Both the position numbers and the translations under genes were made by a program. A stretch of 64,000 nt of DNA. It comes from an uncultured delta proteobacterium (GTDB lineage Bacteria; Desulfobacterota; Desulfobaccia; Desulfobaccales; 0-14-0-80-60-11). Shown here piece after piece: positions 40,898 through 51,000 of this stretch. Where the stretch lies: NCBI GenBank assembly GCA_963747645.1, contig CAVVFW010000003.1, forward strand, positions 2,764 to 66,763, written 5' to 3'. Positions within the stretch are counted from its first letter, which is position 1, and each line of letters starts with the position of its first letter. The notes under the pieces were generated by a model. That model searched no databases. It was not told the DNA's origin and saw only the letters and a list, made by a program, of their open reading frames with translations.

Positions 40898-40945
40898 GGG
40901 GAGACAGCCCTCCTTCCGATCCGATCTGGTGCGTCGCAGTCCCAT

Positions 40946-41704
40946 TCAATCCATTACAACCCCGCCGTTGACCGGGATGGTGTGGCCGGTGGTGAAGCCA
41001 GAATCCTCGCTGGCGAAGAACGCCACCGTCCTGGCCACGTCCTCGGGCCGGACAAGCCGCCCCATCGGCGTGGCCGCAGCGAGCTCATGCAACTTCTCCG
41101 GCGTCAAGTGCCCGGCCATTGCCGTTCCCTCCACTGTTGCTGGTGCGACGAGGTTCGCGGTGATCCCGTGCGGCGCCAGCTCGAGCGCGATGAACCGGAC
41201 AAACTGGTCCATCGCCGCCTTGGCGGTGCCCAGCGTGATCATCCCGTCGCGCGGATGGCGGGACAACACCGCGGTGAGATAGACCAACCGACCGTAGCCG
41301 CGGGAAATCATCCCCGGCACGATGGCTTTCGTCAACAGGAAGGCGGCCCGCAGCTCTCCGTCCAGCTTGCCGCCCAGCTGTTCCCAGGTCAGCTCGGCGA
41401 ACGAGGTGATGGCATAAGGTATCAACGCGTTGTGCACGAGCACGTCCACGCCACCCCACCGCTGATCGATTTCGCCTACCATGCCGGCGACATCACCAGG
41501 TGCGGTGACGTCGGCCTTAATCGCCACGGCCTCGCCACCAGCCGCGCTGATGGCCGCCACCACCTCCTCTGCTTGCGGGGCACTGGCGTGATAATTGACG
41601 ACCACCCGAAACCCCCGCTCCGCGAGGACTAATGCGGTCGCCGCACCGATTCCCCGCGAGCCGCCGGTGACTAAAGCAACCTTACCCGTAAGTGGCTTCT
41701 CCAT
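40946..41704 (-). CDS. SDR family oxidoreductase (FabG-like)
   Basis: Contains TGGSRGIG and NALI. No clear YxxxK motif found by eye. C-terminal GHTIPVNGG. Confidence 0.8.
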   Translation of the reverse strand: MEKPLTGKVALVTGGSRGIGAATALVLAERGFRVVVNYHASAPQAEEVVAAISAAGGEAVAIKADVTAPGDVAGMVGEIDQRWGGVDVLVHNALIPYAITSFAELTWEQLGGKLDGELRAAFLLTKAIVPGMISRGYGRLVYLTAVLSRHPRDGMITLGTAKAAMDQFVRFIALELAPHGITANLVAPATVEGTAMAGHLTPEKLHELAAATPMGRLVRPEDVARTVAFFASEDSGFTTGHTIPVNGGVVMD

Positions 41705-42037
41705 GAGAATATCTCCTTAATGAGAATTGCAGTGAACGCGCCTGGTGCCGATTCTGGATGTTGAAATCAGGTGATTTGAAAGCCCTGATTCCCGAAGTCT
41801 GTTGGCCCGGTTCGGAGATCGGAGGGGAATGGATCGCAGGGCCTATGAGGAAAAGGGCATTGGAGACGATCATAAAATAGGTCCTAAGATCGCTGTGTCA
41901 AGAGAACTGCGATGATGGGAAAGGCAAGATGGTATTCCCGCGCCCGGTCAATCATGCGGCAATAGTTTGATAATCGACGCCGGCTCTAAACAATCTTAGA
42001 AACATTGATGGGATTAAATGTATTCTTGGGAGCCCTG

Positions 42038-44107
42038 TTACCTGCGGGCGATCAGCCCAACCACCGAATGCGGGTGGGCCAGATAAGTCGCGCTCGTGAC
42101 CTTTGGAGCCTCAGACCCGGGGCAGATGTCATACGGGGCACCTATATTCGTATCCAACCAACGATACCACCCTTGCTGTTCATCTGCCTTCAGGGTAGGC
42201 AGCTCAAACTCCAAAGATTCCCCATAGGCATTGAAGATAAGGTGGCAAAAAAGCTTGCCCTCAGGGTCCCGGATGGTGATCGCCAGGCTGTGATCTTCGT
42301 CGCCCCAGCTTTGTTGATTCAGGCGGACTCCATGGAACGTAATTTCCAGGCGAGCGAAGATCTGATTGAGGGTCGGGTCTTCCGGATGGCCCTGGTATAG
42401 GTCCGGCGGCTGCAGGCGGATGGCGATTAACTGCTTAACGAACCGATGGATATCGGGATGCCTGTCAAGCCAGGTCCAATCCAACCAGCTCATCTCATTG
42501 TCCTGACAGTAGGCATTGTTGTTGCCCTGCTGGCTGCGCCGGAACTCGTCGCCCATTGAAAGCATGGGTGTCCCTATGGCCAAGAGGGTGAGAGCCAGGA
42601 AATTTTTCACCTGGCGATTGCGGAGACGTTCAATTTCAGGGTCATCGGTAACCCCCTCGATTCCGCAGTTCCAGCTGAGATTGTTGTCGGTGCCGTCTCG
42701 GTTGTCCTCGCGGTTGGCTTCATTATGCTTCTGTTGATAGGAAACCAGGTCATTGAGGGTGAATCCATCATGGCAGGTAATAAAATTAATGCTCGGCTCA
42801 GACTCCGGCTTTATCGGTCCAAATATATCGCCACTGCCCAATATCCGGCAGGCCAGATTCCTGACAGTGCCTCGGTCACTACGGAAGAAAGCGCGCACGT
42901 CATCCCTGAATTTGCCGTTCCATTCCTTCCAGAAATCGCCGACAAAGGTTCCTACCTGGTACAAGCCGGCGGCGTCCCAGGCCTCGGCGATGAGCTTGAT
43001 GCCGGCCAGTACCGGATCGGAGTCAATATCCCAGATGATGGGGGGATTTGCCAGGGGGACGCCTGATTCGTCCCGGGAGAGGACCGAAGCCAAGTCAAAC
43101 CGGAAGCCGTCCACGTGCATTTCCTGAACCCAGTAGCGCAGGCTGTCGATGATCAGGCGGCGGACCACGGGATGATTAGCATTTAAGGTGTTACCGGTGC
43201 CGCTATAATTGGCATAAGTTGACCGGTCTTTATCCAGGATATAATACGCTTCATTTTCCAGGCCGCGCCAACTCAGAGTCGGGCCCAGATGGTTACCCTC
43301 CGCCGAATGATTGAAAACCACATCCAGGATCACTTCGATACCGGCGCGATGCAGCGACTTGACCAAATCCCGGAACTCATCCAATACATCCAGGGGGTTC
43401 GGCGAAAATCCGTATCCCTGGTGGGGGGCAAAAAAGGAGACCGGCGAATAGCCCCAGTAATTGTGCAGCCCGGCTGGGGCGTCCTGCTCATCAAAATGAA
43501 AGATGGGGAGCAATTCCACGGCAGTAATCCCCAGATCCTGAAGATAGGGAATCTTTTCCGCCAACCCGGCAAAGGTGCCGCGTTTCTCCGGAGAAACCCC
43601 GGAACTGGGGTGGCGGGTGAATCCACCCACATGCAGCTCATAGATTACCGTCCGGGGAAAGGGTCTTTTTAAAGGAGTATCCCCTTCCCAGTCATAACTA
43701 CCCGAAGCCGTCACGACGCTCTTCATCGCCTGGGCCGCATTGTCTCCCGGCTGCGAGGCCGCCAGGCGGCTGTAATTCTGCGGGACGGCCACGGCCCGGG
43801 CGTACGGATCAAGCAAGACCTTCTCCGGGTCAAAGCGGAGGCCCCGTTGAGGTTCAAAAGGGCCCAGAGCCCGATATCCATATAGCTGCCCCGGCTTGAG
43901 ACCGGGCACCGAAACGTGCCAGTAATGGTAGGTCCGGTTCTTTACCGGGTCCAGGGTAATCACCCTGGGGTTTGAGTCGGTTACCTTATCAAACAGCAGC
44001 AATTCCATGCCGGTGGCGTTTTTGGAGAAGACCGAGAAATTCACCGCATCAGCATTGAGCGTTGCTCCCAGGGGAGAGCTCTGACCTAACGTGATTGTTG
44101 AACTCAT
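42038..44107 (-). CDS. glgX: glycogen debranching enzyme
   Basis: 689 aa. N-terminal CBM48-like region and GH13 motifs (DVVFNHS, GFRFDLAS, EAWD, FITCHDGF). Confidence 0.9.
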   Translation of the reverse strand: MSSTITLGQSSPLGATLNADAVNFSVFSKNATGMELLLFDKVTDSNPRVITLDPVKNRTYHYWHVSVPGLKPGQLYGYRALGPFEPQRGLRFDPEKVLLDPYARAVAVPQNYSRLAASQPGDNAAQAMKSVVTASGSYDWEGDTPLKRPFPRTVIYELHVGGFTRHPSSGVSPEKRGTFAGLAEKIPYLQDLGITAVELLPIFHFDEQDAPAGLHNYWGYSPVSFFAPHQGYGFSPNPLDVLDEFRDLVKSLHRAGIEVILDVVFNHSAEGNHLGPTLSWRGLENEAYYILDKDRSTYANYSGTGNTLNANHPVVRRLIIDSLRYWVQEMHVDGFRFDLASVLSRDESGVPLANPPIIWDIDSDPVLAGIKLIAEAWDAAGLYQVGTFVGDFWKEWNGKFRDDVRAFFRSDRGTVRNLACRILGSGDIFGPIKPESEPSINFITCHDGFTLNDLVSYQQKHNEANREDNRDGTDNNLSWNCGIEGVTDDPEIERLRNRQVKNFLALTLLAIGTPMLSMGDEFRRSQQGNNNAYCQDNEMSWLDWTWLDRHPDIHRFVKQLIAIRLQPPDLYQGHPEDPTLNQIFARLEITFHGVRLNQQSWGDEDHSLAITIRDPEGKLFCHLIFNAYGESLEFELPTLKADEQQGWYRWLDTNIGAPYDICPGSEAPKVTSATYLAHPHSVVGLIARR

Positions 44108-44117
44108 AGGTTCCTGC

Positions 44118-44246
44118 CTATTTTCTCCCTAGCTGCTCTTTCGCCGCCGCCACTAGGCGTTCCGGCTCGAACCCGAACTTCTGCTGGAGTTCCTTGAGGG
44201 GCGCCGAGGCCCCGAAGGTCTTCACCTTAGTCTCAGGGTGCGCGCT
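44118..44246 (-). pseudogene. remnant encoding only the last ~40 residues of a transketolase
   Basis: My own translation: ...HPETKVKTFGASAPLKELQQKFGFEPERLVAAAKEQLGRK*. FGASAP...FGF is the conserved transketolase C terminus. An in-frame TAG lies immediately upstream and there is no N-terminal part. Confidence 0.6.
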
Positions 44247-44271
44247 CTATTGCTTACTTTTCAGGCTCGAT

Positions 44272-45210
44272 TCATCGTCCTCTGGGAATGAAGCCGGGAA
44301 TACCGGTCTGGGTGACGGGATTAAATCTATACTCTGTCTTGATACCCTCACTTATTTCTTTCATGGCGGTTTCCGGAAGGGCGGCAACCTCGAAGTTTTC
44401 TCTAATGCGGCTCGGGGCCTTCGAGGTGGTCAGGAGGGCTGTACCCCGCTGGAGAGCCCAGGCGAGCAAAACCTGGGCCGGGGTCTGGTTGACCCTCTTG
44501 GCGATGTTAGTGATCACCGGGTCTTCCAGCAATTTTGGTTCGATGGCATGGCCCAAAGGCGCAAAAGCCTGCATCACGATGCCATGCCGTTTGCAAAAAT
44601 CCAGCATTTCCCACTGCGGCAGGTACGGATGAGATTCCACCTGCAGCACCGCTGGTTTTACCCTGGCGGCTGCGAAAATCTCCTGGAGCTGCGCCAGACT
44701 GACGTCCGACAGGCCGATGGCCTTGCACCTACCCGTCTCTACCAGACTCTCCATGGCTTTCCAGGTGTCCAGCAACGTTACGGCCTCATCATAAATAACC
44801 TTGCCGCTTTCATCTCTGGGGTCCTGCTCGTCTCCGGGTTTGAAGGCAAATGGAGTATGAACGGCATATAGGTCGGCATATTCGAGCCGGAGTCTCCTGA
44901 GGCTCGCTTCGAAGGCGGGTCGGACCCGTTCCGGTCGGTGATTGTTGTTCCAGAGCTTCGTGCCGATGAACACCTCCTCACGGCTGACTTTGCCGGATTG
45001 GAACATCTGCTGAAATGCCTCGCCCACCGCGGTTTCATTACGATACCGTTCGGCACAGTCGAATTGACGAAATCCTACTTCTAAGGCGGCTATAACGGCA
45101 TTTTTAGTGTCAGTGGGATCAGGAATGAGTGTGCCAAAACCAAGGGCAGGAAAGGCAAGGCCGTTATTAAGCACGAGCTTTGTAAAGCGAAGGTTGTCTG
45201 AGATTTCCAT
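44272..45210 (-). CDS. aldo/keto reductase
   Basis: Contains GFGT, FDCAERYRNE, KLWNNNH and VESHPYL. Confidence 0.85.
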   Translation of the reverse strand: MEISDNLRFTKLVLNNGLAFPALGFGTLIPDPTDTKNAVIAALEVGFRQFDCAERYRNETAVGEAFQQMFQSGKVSREEVFIGTKLWNNNHRPERVRPAFEASLRRLRLEYADLYAVHTPFAFKPGDEQDPRDESGKVIYDEAVTLLDTWKAMESLVETGRCKAIGLSDVSLAQLQEIFAAARVKPAVLQVESHPYLPQWEMLDFCKRHGIVMQAFAPLGHAIEPKLLEDPVITNIAKRVNQTPAQVLLAWALQRGTALLTTSKAPSRIRENFEVAALPETAMKEISEGIKTEYRFNPVTQTGIPGFIPRGR

Positions 45211-45219
45211 AGAATATCC

Positions 45220-45771
45220 CTATTTCTTTACCACCTGAACGATGACTCTTGTACCGTTGCTAACGGTATCGTACACCGGCGATAGTCTAATGAGCTCCTT
45301 CAGCGTTTCCACATTTTCAGGATTCGTCTCCACCTTGAAGTTGACCCTGATTTCTTGATAGCCTGGCCTTACTTCATCAGAGATTGCCAATAAACCCCTT
45401 AGGTCAAGATCCCCCACCAACTCCGATTCCACTTTTTCCAATCTTATGCCGCGAACTGCGGCATGGTAAACCATGGTCGTAGTCATTCAAGCTGCCAGGG
45501 CATTCAGGAGGTGTTCCACAGGATTCGCTGCTTGATCGTGTCCCGCCATGATAGGGGGTTCGTCTGCATCAATTATAAATCGTTGGGTATGAGCAATCTC
45601 CTGACCAGCACTATAAAAGCCGGTGACGGTAGTACGATTATGCCCGCCGTCGATCCATTCATTGTTAGCCCGGAATTTGGACTTGGCAAGGTCAGGTTTT
45701 TCATTTATGGCGTTAATCAAACCTGTAACGATCTCCACATCCACACCATTCAAGATTTTTTCTTGTGACAT
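45220..45771 (-). CDS. OsmC-like peroxiredoxin with in-frame TGA (45487..45489) at the catalytic Cys position; candidate selenoprotein
   Basis: ORFs 45487..45822 and 45220..45486 are contiguous in one frame. Readthrough gives NPVEHLLNALAA[TGA]MTTTMVYHAA, matching the OsmC LL.AL..C motif. ATG 45771 is preceded by AGGAGG. Confidence 0.75.
45446..45464 (-). promoter_or_regulatory. stem-loop downstream of the OsmC TGA (SECIS candidate)
   Basis: On the minus strand, ATGCCGC-AGTTC-GCGGCAT is a perfect 7-bp stem starting 22 nt after the TGA. An overlapping alternative stem is CATGG-TTTA-CCATG. Confidence 0.35.
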
Positions 45772-45913
45772 TGTGGTCCTCCTGTCTTTTAGATGGTCGA
45801 TGACCCAGTCGCCGCTTTTCACTTCTTCAATGATCGCCAGTCACCGGACGCATGTGCTCGCCTTCAGGATCGGCCATGATATCCGTTAACGCGTCTGATT
45901 ATCTCCTGCCAAT

Positions 45914-46279
45914 TCACAATTCTGACGCGGCCTTATCAGGAATTTGGGGCCAGTATTTCTCCGACTTCGGAAGATAACCCTTTGTATCCGCGCTCCACTT
46001 CTCGAGGATCGTCGGATTCAGATTGAAATAGAACTTCCCATCCCCAATGCGCCATGATCCGGGATCGATATCAAACTTTTTTCCCATGGCGACCCCGAAA
46101 GCACAATATCCACCATATTGGGGTAGATAATTTTCAGGATTTGCCTTGAAGGCTTCACGATTTGCAGGAGAAGCGAAAAGATACTTCCCGCCGTGGTATT
46201 CCACCTCAAGATCGGAACGGCCGGGAACTGGGCGTCCCTCCGTGAAGTAAGCTACCGGATCATAGCCCCGAATCATCAA
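45914..46279 (-). CDS. YHS-domain protein
   Basis: Contains GYDPVAYF, KYLFAS..N...F, and YLPQYGGYCAFG. No signal peptide is found upstream in frame, so it may be N-terminally truncated. Confidence 0.65.
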   Translation of the reverse strand: MMIRGYDPVAYFTEGRPVPGRSDLEVEYHGGKYLFASPANREAFKANPENYLPQYGGYCAFGVAMGKKFDIDPGSWRIGDGKFYFNLNPTILEKWSADTKGYLPKSEKYWPQIPDKAASEL

Positions 46280-47652
46280 GCCGGTGGCATCGTTATTAAC
46301 CTCAGGAGTCGACCTGATTGATTCCTCCTTGCATAGCGAACTATGCCAAAAGTAATCATAAGCTCGCGCATTTCAAGTCGTCCCGGGTCTCTTAGCCTTA
46401 ATTGTTCAGTCCTTCGAGGAAAGGATCCCAGTCCACCACGCCATGGAAGGGTGACCCAAATACCCTCTCCCTGGGAATAAAAGGCTATTGAAGTCTATCG
46501 GTATAAGAAGTATTCAGAGTAGCGATTAACTTGCGAGACTGTCGAAAAAGGCTAGAGCTCAGCTGATTTCCCTCCTATGAACATTTCTGTCCGGCTACAC
46601 AATGATTAAACATAGGGTTCTCTCCTTTAATGAATTTCCTACTCAGAAAAGCCCAGGTTTTTGTCGCGTCCGGCTGATGGATTCGTTGGAGTTGGAGGTA
46701 GGCGGAGTAAAGGTCTTGGGTGTTGGAGAAAAGACGGGCCGGGCAGGTTGGTCACAACCTCCAGCTGAGGTAGTTGTCGGGGAACTTCTTCCTTACCGGG
46801 TTAATCAAGGCCGCGGCTATACCTTCGACAAAAACAGCCAGGCCGGAGATCAGCGGAGTTAAGCCGTCAATCACTTACCCAGTAGCGGAAAAATTGTCCT
46901 GTCAGCTAAGCCCCCGGGTGAGATTTTCGGCGGAGTCCAACAACGGCATGAACTTGGCCGCATTATCTACCCTGCATCAGCTGCCTGTAGCTAACGCTCT
47001 ACGCATACAGGGCGCCTGGCCTCATGTGATCGAGTATCCAGGCAGTCACCTTTCATTTGGGGGGGTGGGGGCTCGCACCCCCGGGGGGGCCCCAGGGATG
47101 GGACCCATGCTCAGACCAGGGCCCAAGCAGAATATTCATTATTACGGTCGTGCTGGGGCCTTGCCAGAGGGGTACCTGGAAATCGGCCTTGGCGATTTCG
47201 ACCCTGGAAATTTTTTCCTGAATTTGTCCACGTAGAGCCATTAAATTTGACCTAATTGGGCTGCTGATGGGGGGGGTGAATGGTAAGAGCAGGGGTCAGG
47301 GCGGGTGAACCAACTATCCGTCGTTAACGTTTGTCCCGGTCGGGGCGGAGCCTGACCCGCAATCCTCTTTGGTTCCCAGCGCACCGATAGCGTTATCAGT
47401 CCACCCGTCAGCGGTGCCCATAAACCTTCGGGCCAGGCCCAAACAAAATAAAAGGTTTCCATCCCTTAACTGTCTCCATGGGAGGGCTATTGGCCCTCAG
47501 CCGAGGGAGATTCTTGCGCTTTAGGCTGCATCTTTGGTTTCGATGGATTGCCCCACTAAAACTATCGCAAGAGCCCTGATCCAGGTTCGAGCGGTGAACC
47601 GATCTAGATCCAATGAAGCAGCATAGGAGCAAGAATGAGTATCACGCTGGTT

Positions 47653-48000
47653 TTATTTGGGATATTCCTTGCCGTTAATTTTATCAATTACCAGAAAATA
47701 TGCCCCACGCGGCAACCTTCCCTCTATGGTCACCGTTTCCCCTTTTTTTGCGAAGCCACTTAATATCTCCTCTTTAACATTGGTGATTTTATATTCTTCA
47801 TGTGGTTTTTGTCTAAATGCTATATATCCTCCAGAAGTTTTATCCCTGGTTATCTTAGCAATCATGGTAACTACGGGTACTTGACGTTGAACTTTCCCTG
47901 CAGTTTGATCGGGTTTAGTTTGAGAAAAACCTATATTAACAGTCATAAGACCAACCAAGAGACCTACAATGATCACCCACAGCATTTTTTTGTGGTTCAT
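47653..48000 (-). CDS. small exported or membrane-anchored hypothetical protein
   Basis: N-terminal hydrophobic helix (MLWVIIVGLLVGLMTV) followed by a beta-rich ~85-aa domain. AT-richer than its neighbours. Lies directly downstream of cusA. Confidence 0.45.
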   Translation of the reverse strand: MNHKKMLWVIIVGLLVGLMTVNIGFSQTKPDQTAGKVQRQVPVVTMIAKITRDKTSGGYIAFRQKPHEEYKITNVKEEILSGFAKKGETVTIEGRLPRGAYFLVIDKINGKEYPK

Positions 48001-48084
48001 TTTCTTTCTCCATAGTAATCTATTTTTTGGTTACATCAAGGTGATAGAAAGCTTCATGTTAGTTTATCCCACCGAGATAAACAA

Positions 48085-51000
48085 TTAAACCTCTTTTTTC
48101 ACCTCGAAGTTCCATTTCCAGATTTCGTAGATGGCCGGGTAGACCATCAGCTCCAGGAGGAACGAGGTGAAGATGCCGCCGATCATGGGGGCGGCGATGC
48201 GTTTCATGACGTCGGCGCCGGTCCCGGTGGCCCACATGATGGGAATCAGCCCCAACAGCAGGGTGGCGGCAGTCATGAACTTGGGCCGGATCCGCTTGGC
48301 GGCGCCGTCCACGATGGCGGCGTGCAATTCCGGGAGGTTCCGGAGCCGCCCTTCGGCTTTGGCCTGGGCGTAGGCCAGGTCAAGGTAGAGCAGCATGAAG
48401 ATACCCGTCTCCGCATCCACGCCCAGAAGCGCGATCAGCCCCACCCAGACCGCAATGCTCATGTTATAGCCCAGGAGGTACAGGAACCAGATGGCCCCCA
48501 CCGCCGAGAACGGCACCGCCAGGATGATGAGCATGGTCTTGGTGATGGACCGGGTATTCATGTAGAGGAGCAGAAAGATCAGAAACAGGGTCAGGGGCAC
48601 CACCAGCAGCAGGCGCTCCTTCACCCGCTGGGCCGCCTCGTACTGGCCGCTCCAGGAGATGGCGTACCCCGGCGGCAGTTTCAATTTGTCCTTGAGCAGG
48701 GCGGCCGCGGCCTCGACATAGCCGTTGGGGTCCCGGCCGGCGATATCGATATACACGTAGCCGGTGAGCAGCCCGTCTTCATCCCGGATCATGGCCGGCC
48801 CGCTCACCGTCTTGATGCTGGCCAGCTGACCCAGGGGGATCTGCCGCTTGCCATTGTCCGCCGGCACCAGGATGCGTTCCAGGGCGCTGAAGTCGGACCG
48901 GAAATCCCGCTGGTAGCGCACATTGACGCCGTAGCGTTCCCGGCCTTCCACGGTGGTGGTCACGTTCTCCCCGCCGATGGCGCTGCTGATCACCTCCTGG
49001 ACCTCGGCGATGCTCAGGCCGTAGCGGGCCAGTTCCTCCCGGCGCCAATCGAAGTCGAGAAAATAGCCGGTCCCGGTCCGTTCGGCGAAGACGCTCCGGG
49101 TCCCTTTGACGGCCGGCAGCAGGGATTCGATCCGGGACCCGATCGTTTCGATGGTCTTGACGTCGGCCCCGGAGATCTTGATGCCGATGGGGGTCCGGAG
49201 GCCGGTGCTCAACATCTCGATGCGGCCCTTGATGGGCATGGTCCAGGAGTTGGCCAGGCCGGGCAGTTTCAGGGCCTCGTTCATTTCGGTGATGAGCTCA
49301 TCCTGGGTCAGGTGGGGGCGCCATTGCGCTTTGGGTTTAAGCGTGATCAACGTCTCCAGCATGGACACCGGGGCCGGGTCGGTTGAGGTCTCGGCGCGGC
49401 CCGCCTTGCCCAGGACCCGGTCCACCTCGGGGAAGCCCTTGATGATGCGGTCGGTGACCTGGAGCAGTTTCTGGGCCTCGCCGATGGAGATCCCGGGCAT
49501 GGTGGAGGGCATGTAGAGAATGGCGCCTTCCTCCAGGGGCGGCATAAATTCCGAGCCCAGGTGGGCATAGACCGGCAGCGTGATGAGCACCAGGGCCAGG
49601 GCCCCGCCGATCACCCACCATTTCCGGCGCAGCGACCAGGTGACTAATGGTTCGTAAAACCGGATCAAGCGCCGGCTGATGGGGTGCTTTTCCTCGGGAT
49701 AAATGGTGCCCACGGCCACGGCGTTGGTTATCCGGCACAACCAGGGGGGCCGGAAGTTGAAGTTCCGCACGTGGGTGAACAGGAGCCTGAGGGCCGGGTC
49801 CAGGGTGATGGCCAGGACCGCGGCCACCAGCATGGCGAGGTTCTTGGTGTAGGCCAGGGGCTTGAACATCCGGCCTTCCACGGACTCGAGGCTCAGCACC
49901 GGCAGAAACGCCACCCCGATCACCAGCAGCGCGAAGAACGACGGCCCCGCCACCTCCTTGACCGCCTTGATAATGACCTCCTGGTAGTCCTCCAGGCGGC
50001 CCGACAGGTTCCATCTCTCCAGCTTCTTGTGGACCTGCTCCACCATGACGATGGCCGCGTCCACCAACGCCCCCACCGCGATGATGATCCCCCCCAGGGA
50101 CATGATGTTGGCCGTGACCCCCATCATCCGAAACGGGATGAAGGAGATCAGCACCGCCACCGGGATGGTGATCACCGGGATGATGGCGCTGGGAAAGTGC
50201 CACAGGAAGATCAGGATCACCAGGGAGACGGTGATCAGCACCTCCACCAGGGTGGACTTCATGTTGCCGATGGCCCGCTGGATCAGGTCCGACCGGTCGT
50301 AGATGGGGACAATCTGGACGCCGGCGGGCAGCCCCGGTTCGATCTCCTTGATCTTGGCCTTGACCCGGTCGATGACGTCCAGGGCATTTTGGCCCTCCCG
50401 CATGACGATGATCCCGGAGACCACCTCCCCGGTCCCGTCCAGGTCGGTGACGCCCCGCCTGAGGTCCGGCCCCATAACCACCCGGCCGACATCCTTGACC
50501 CGGATGGGCGTCCCGTCGGGGCTGGCGGTCAGGACGATATTCTCAAAATCCTTCAGGGAGCGGGCGTAGCCCCGGCCCCGCACCATGTACTCGGTGCCGC
50601 CGAACTCGATCAGGCGCCCCCCGACCTCCTGGTTGCCGCCGGCCACGGCCTTCACCACCTGGTTGATGGACAGATTGTAGGCCTGCAGCCGGTTGGGGTC
50701 CACGTTGACCTGGTACTGCCGGGCGAATCCCCCCACCGGCGCCACCTCCGCCACCCCGGGGACGGCCTTGAGGTAATAGCGCAGGTACCAGTCCTGGTAA
50801 GACCGCAGCTCCTCCAGGCTGTGCTTGCCGGTGGGGTCCACCAGGGCGTATTGGAAGACCCAGCCCAGGCCGGTGGCGTCCGGACCCAATTCGGTCCTGA
50901 CCCCGGCGGGCAGCCGGGGCAGCACCCCGGAGAGGTATTCCAGGGTCCGGGACCGGGCCCAGTAGATGTCGGTGCCGTCTTCGAAAATCACGTAGACGTA

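Noticed and set aside
44194-44871. ORF 44194..44871 (plus strand, 225 aa).
   Set aside because: It overlaps the well-supported aldo/keto reductase on the opposite strand and the transketolase remnant. Its translation has no recognisable motifs.
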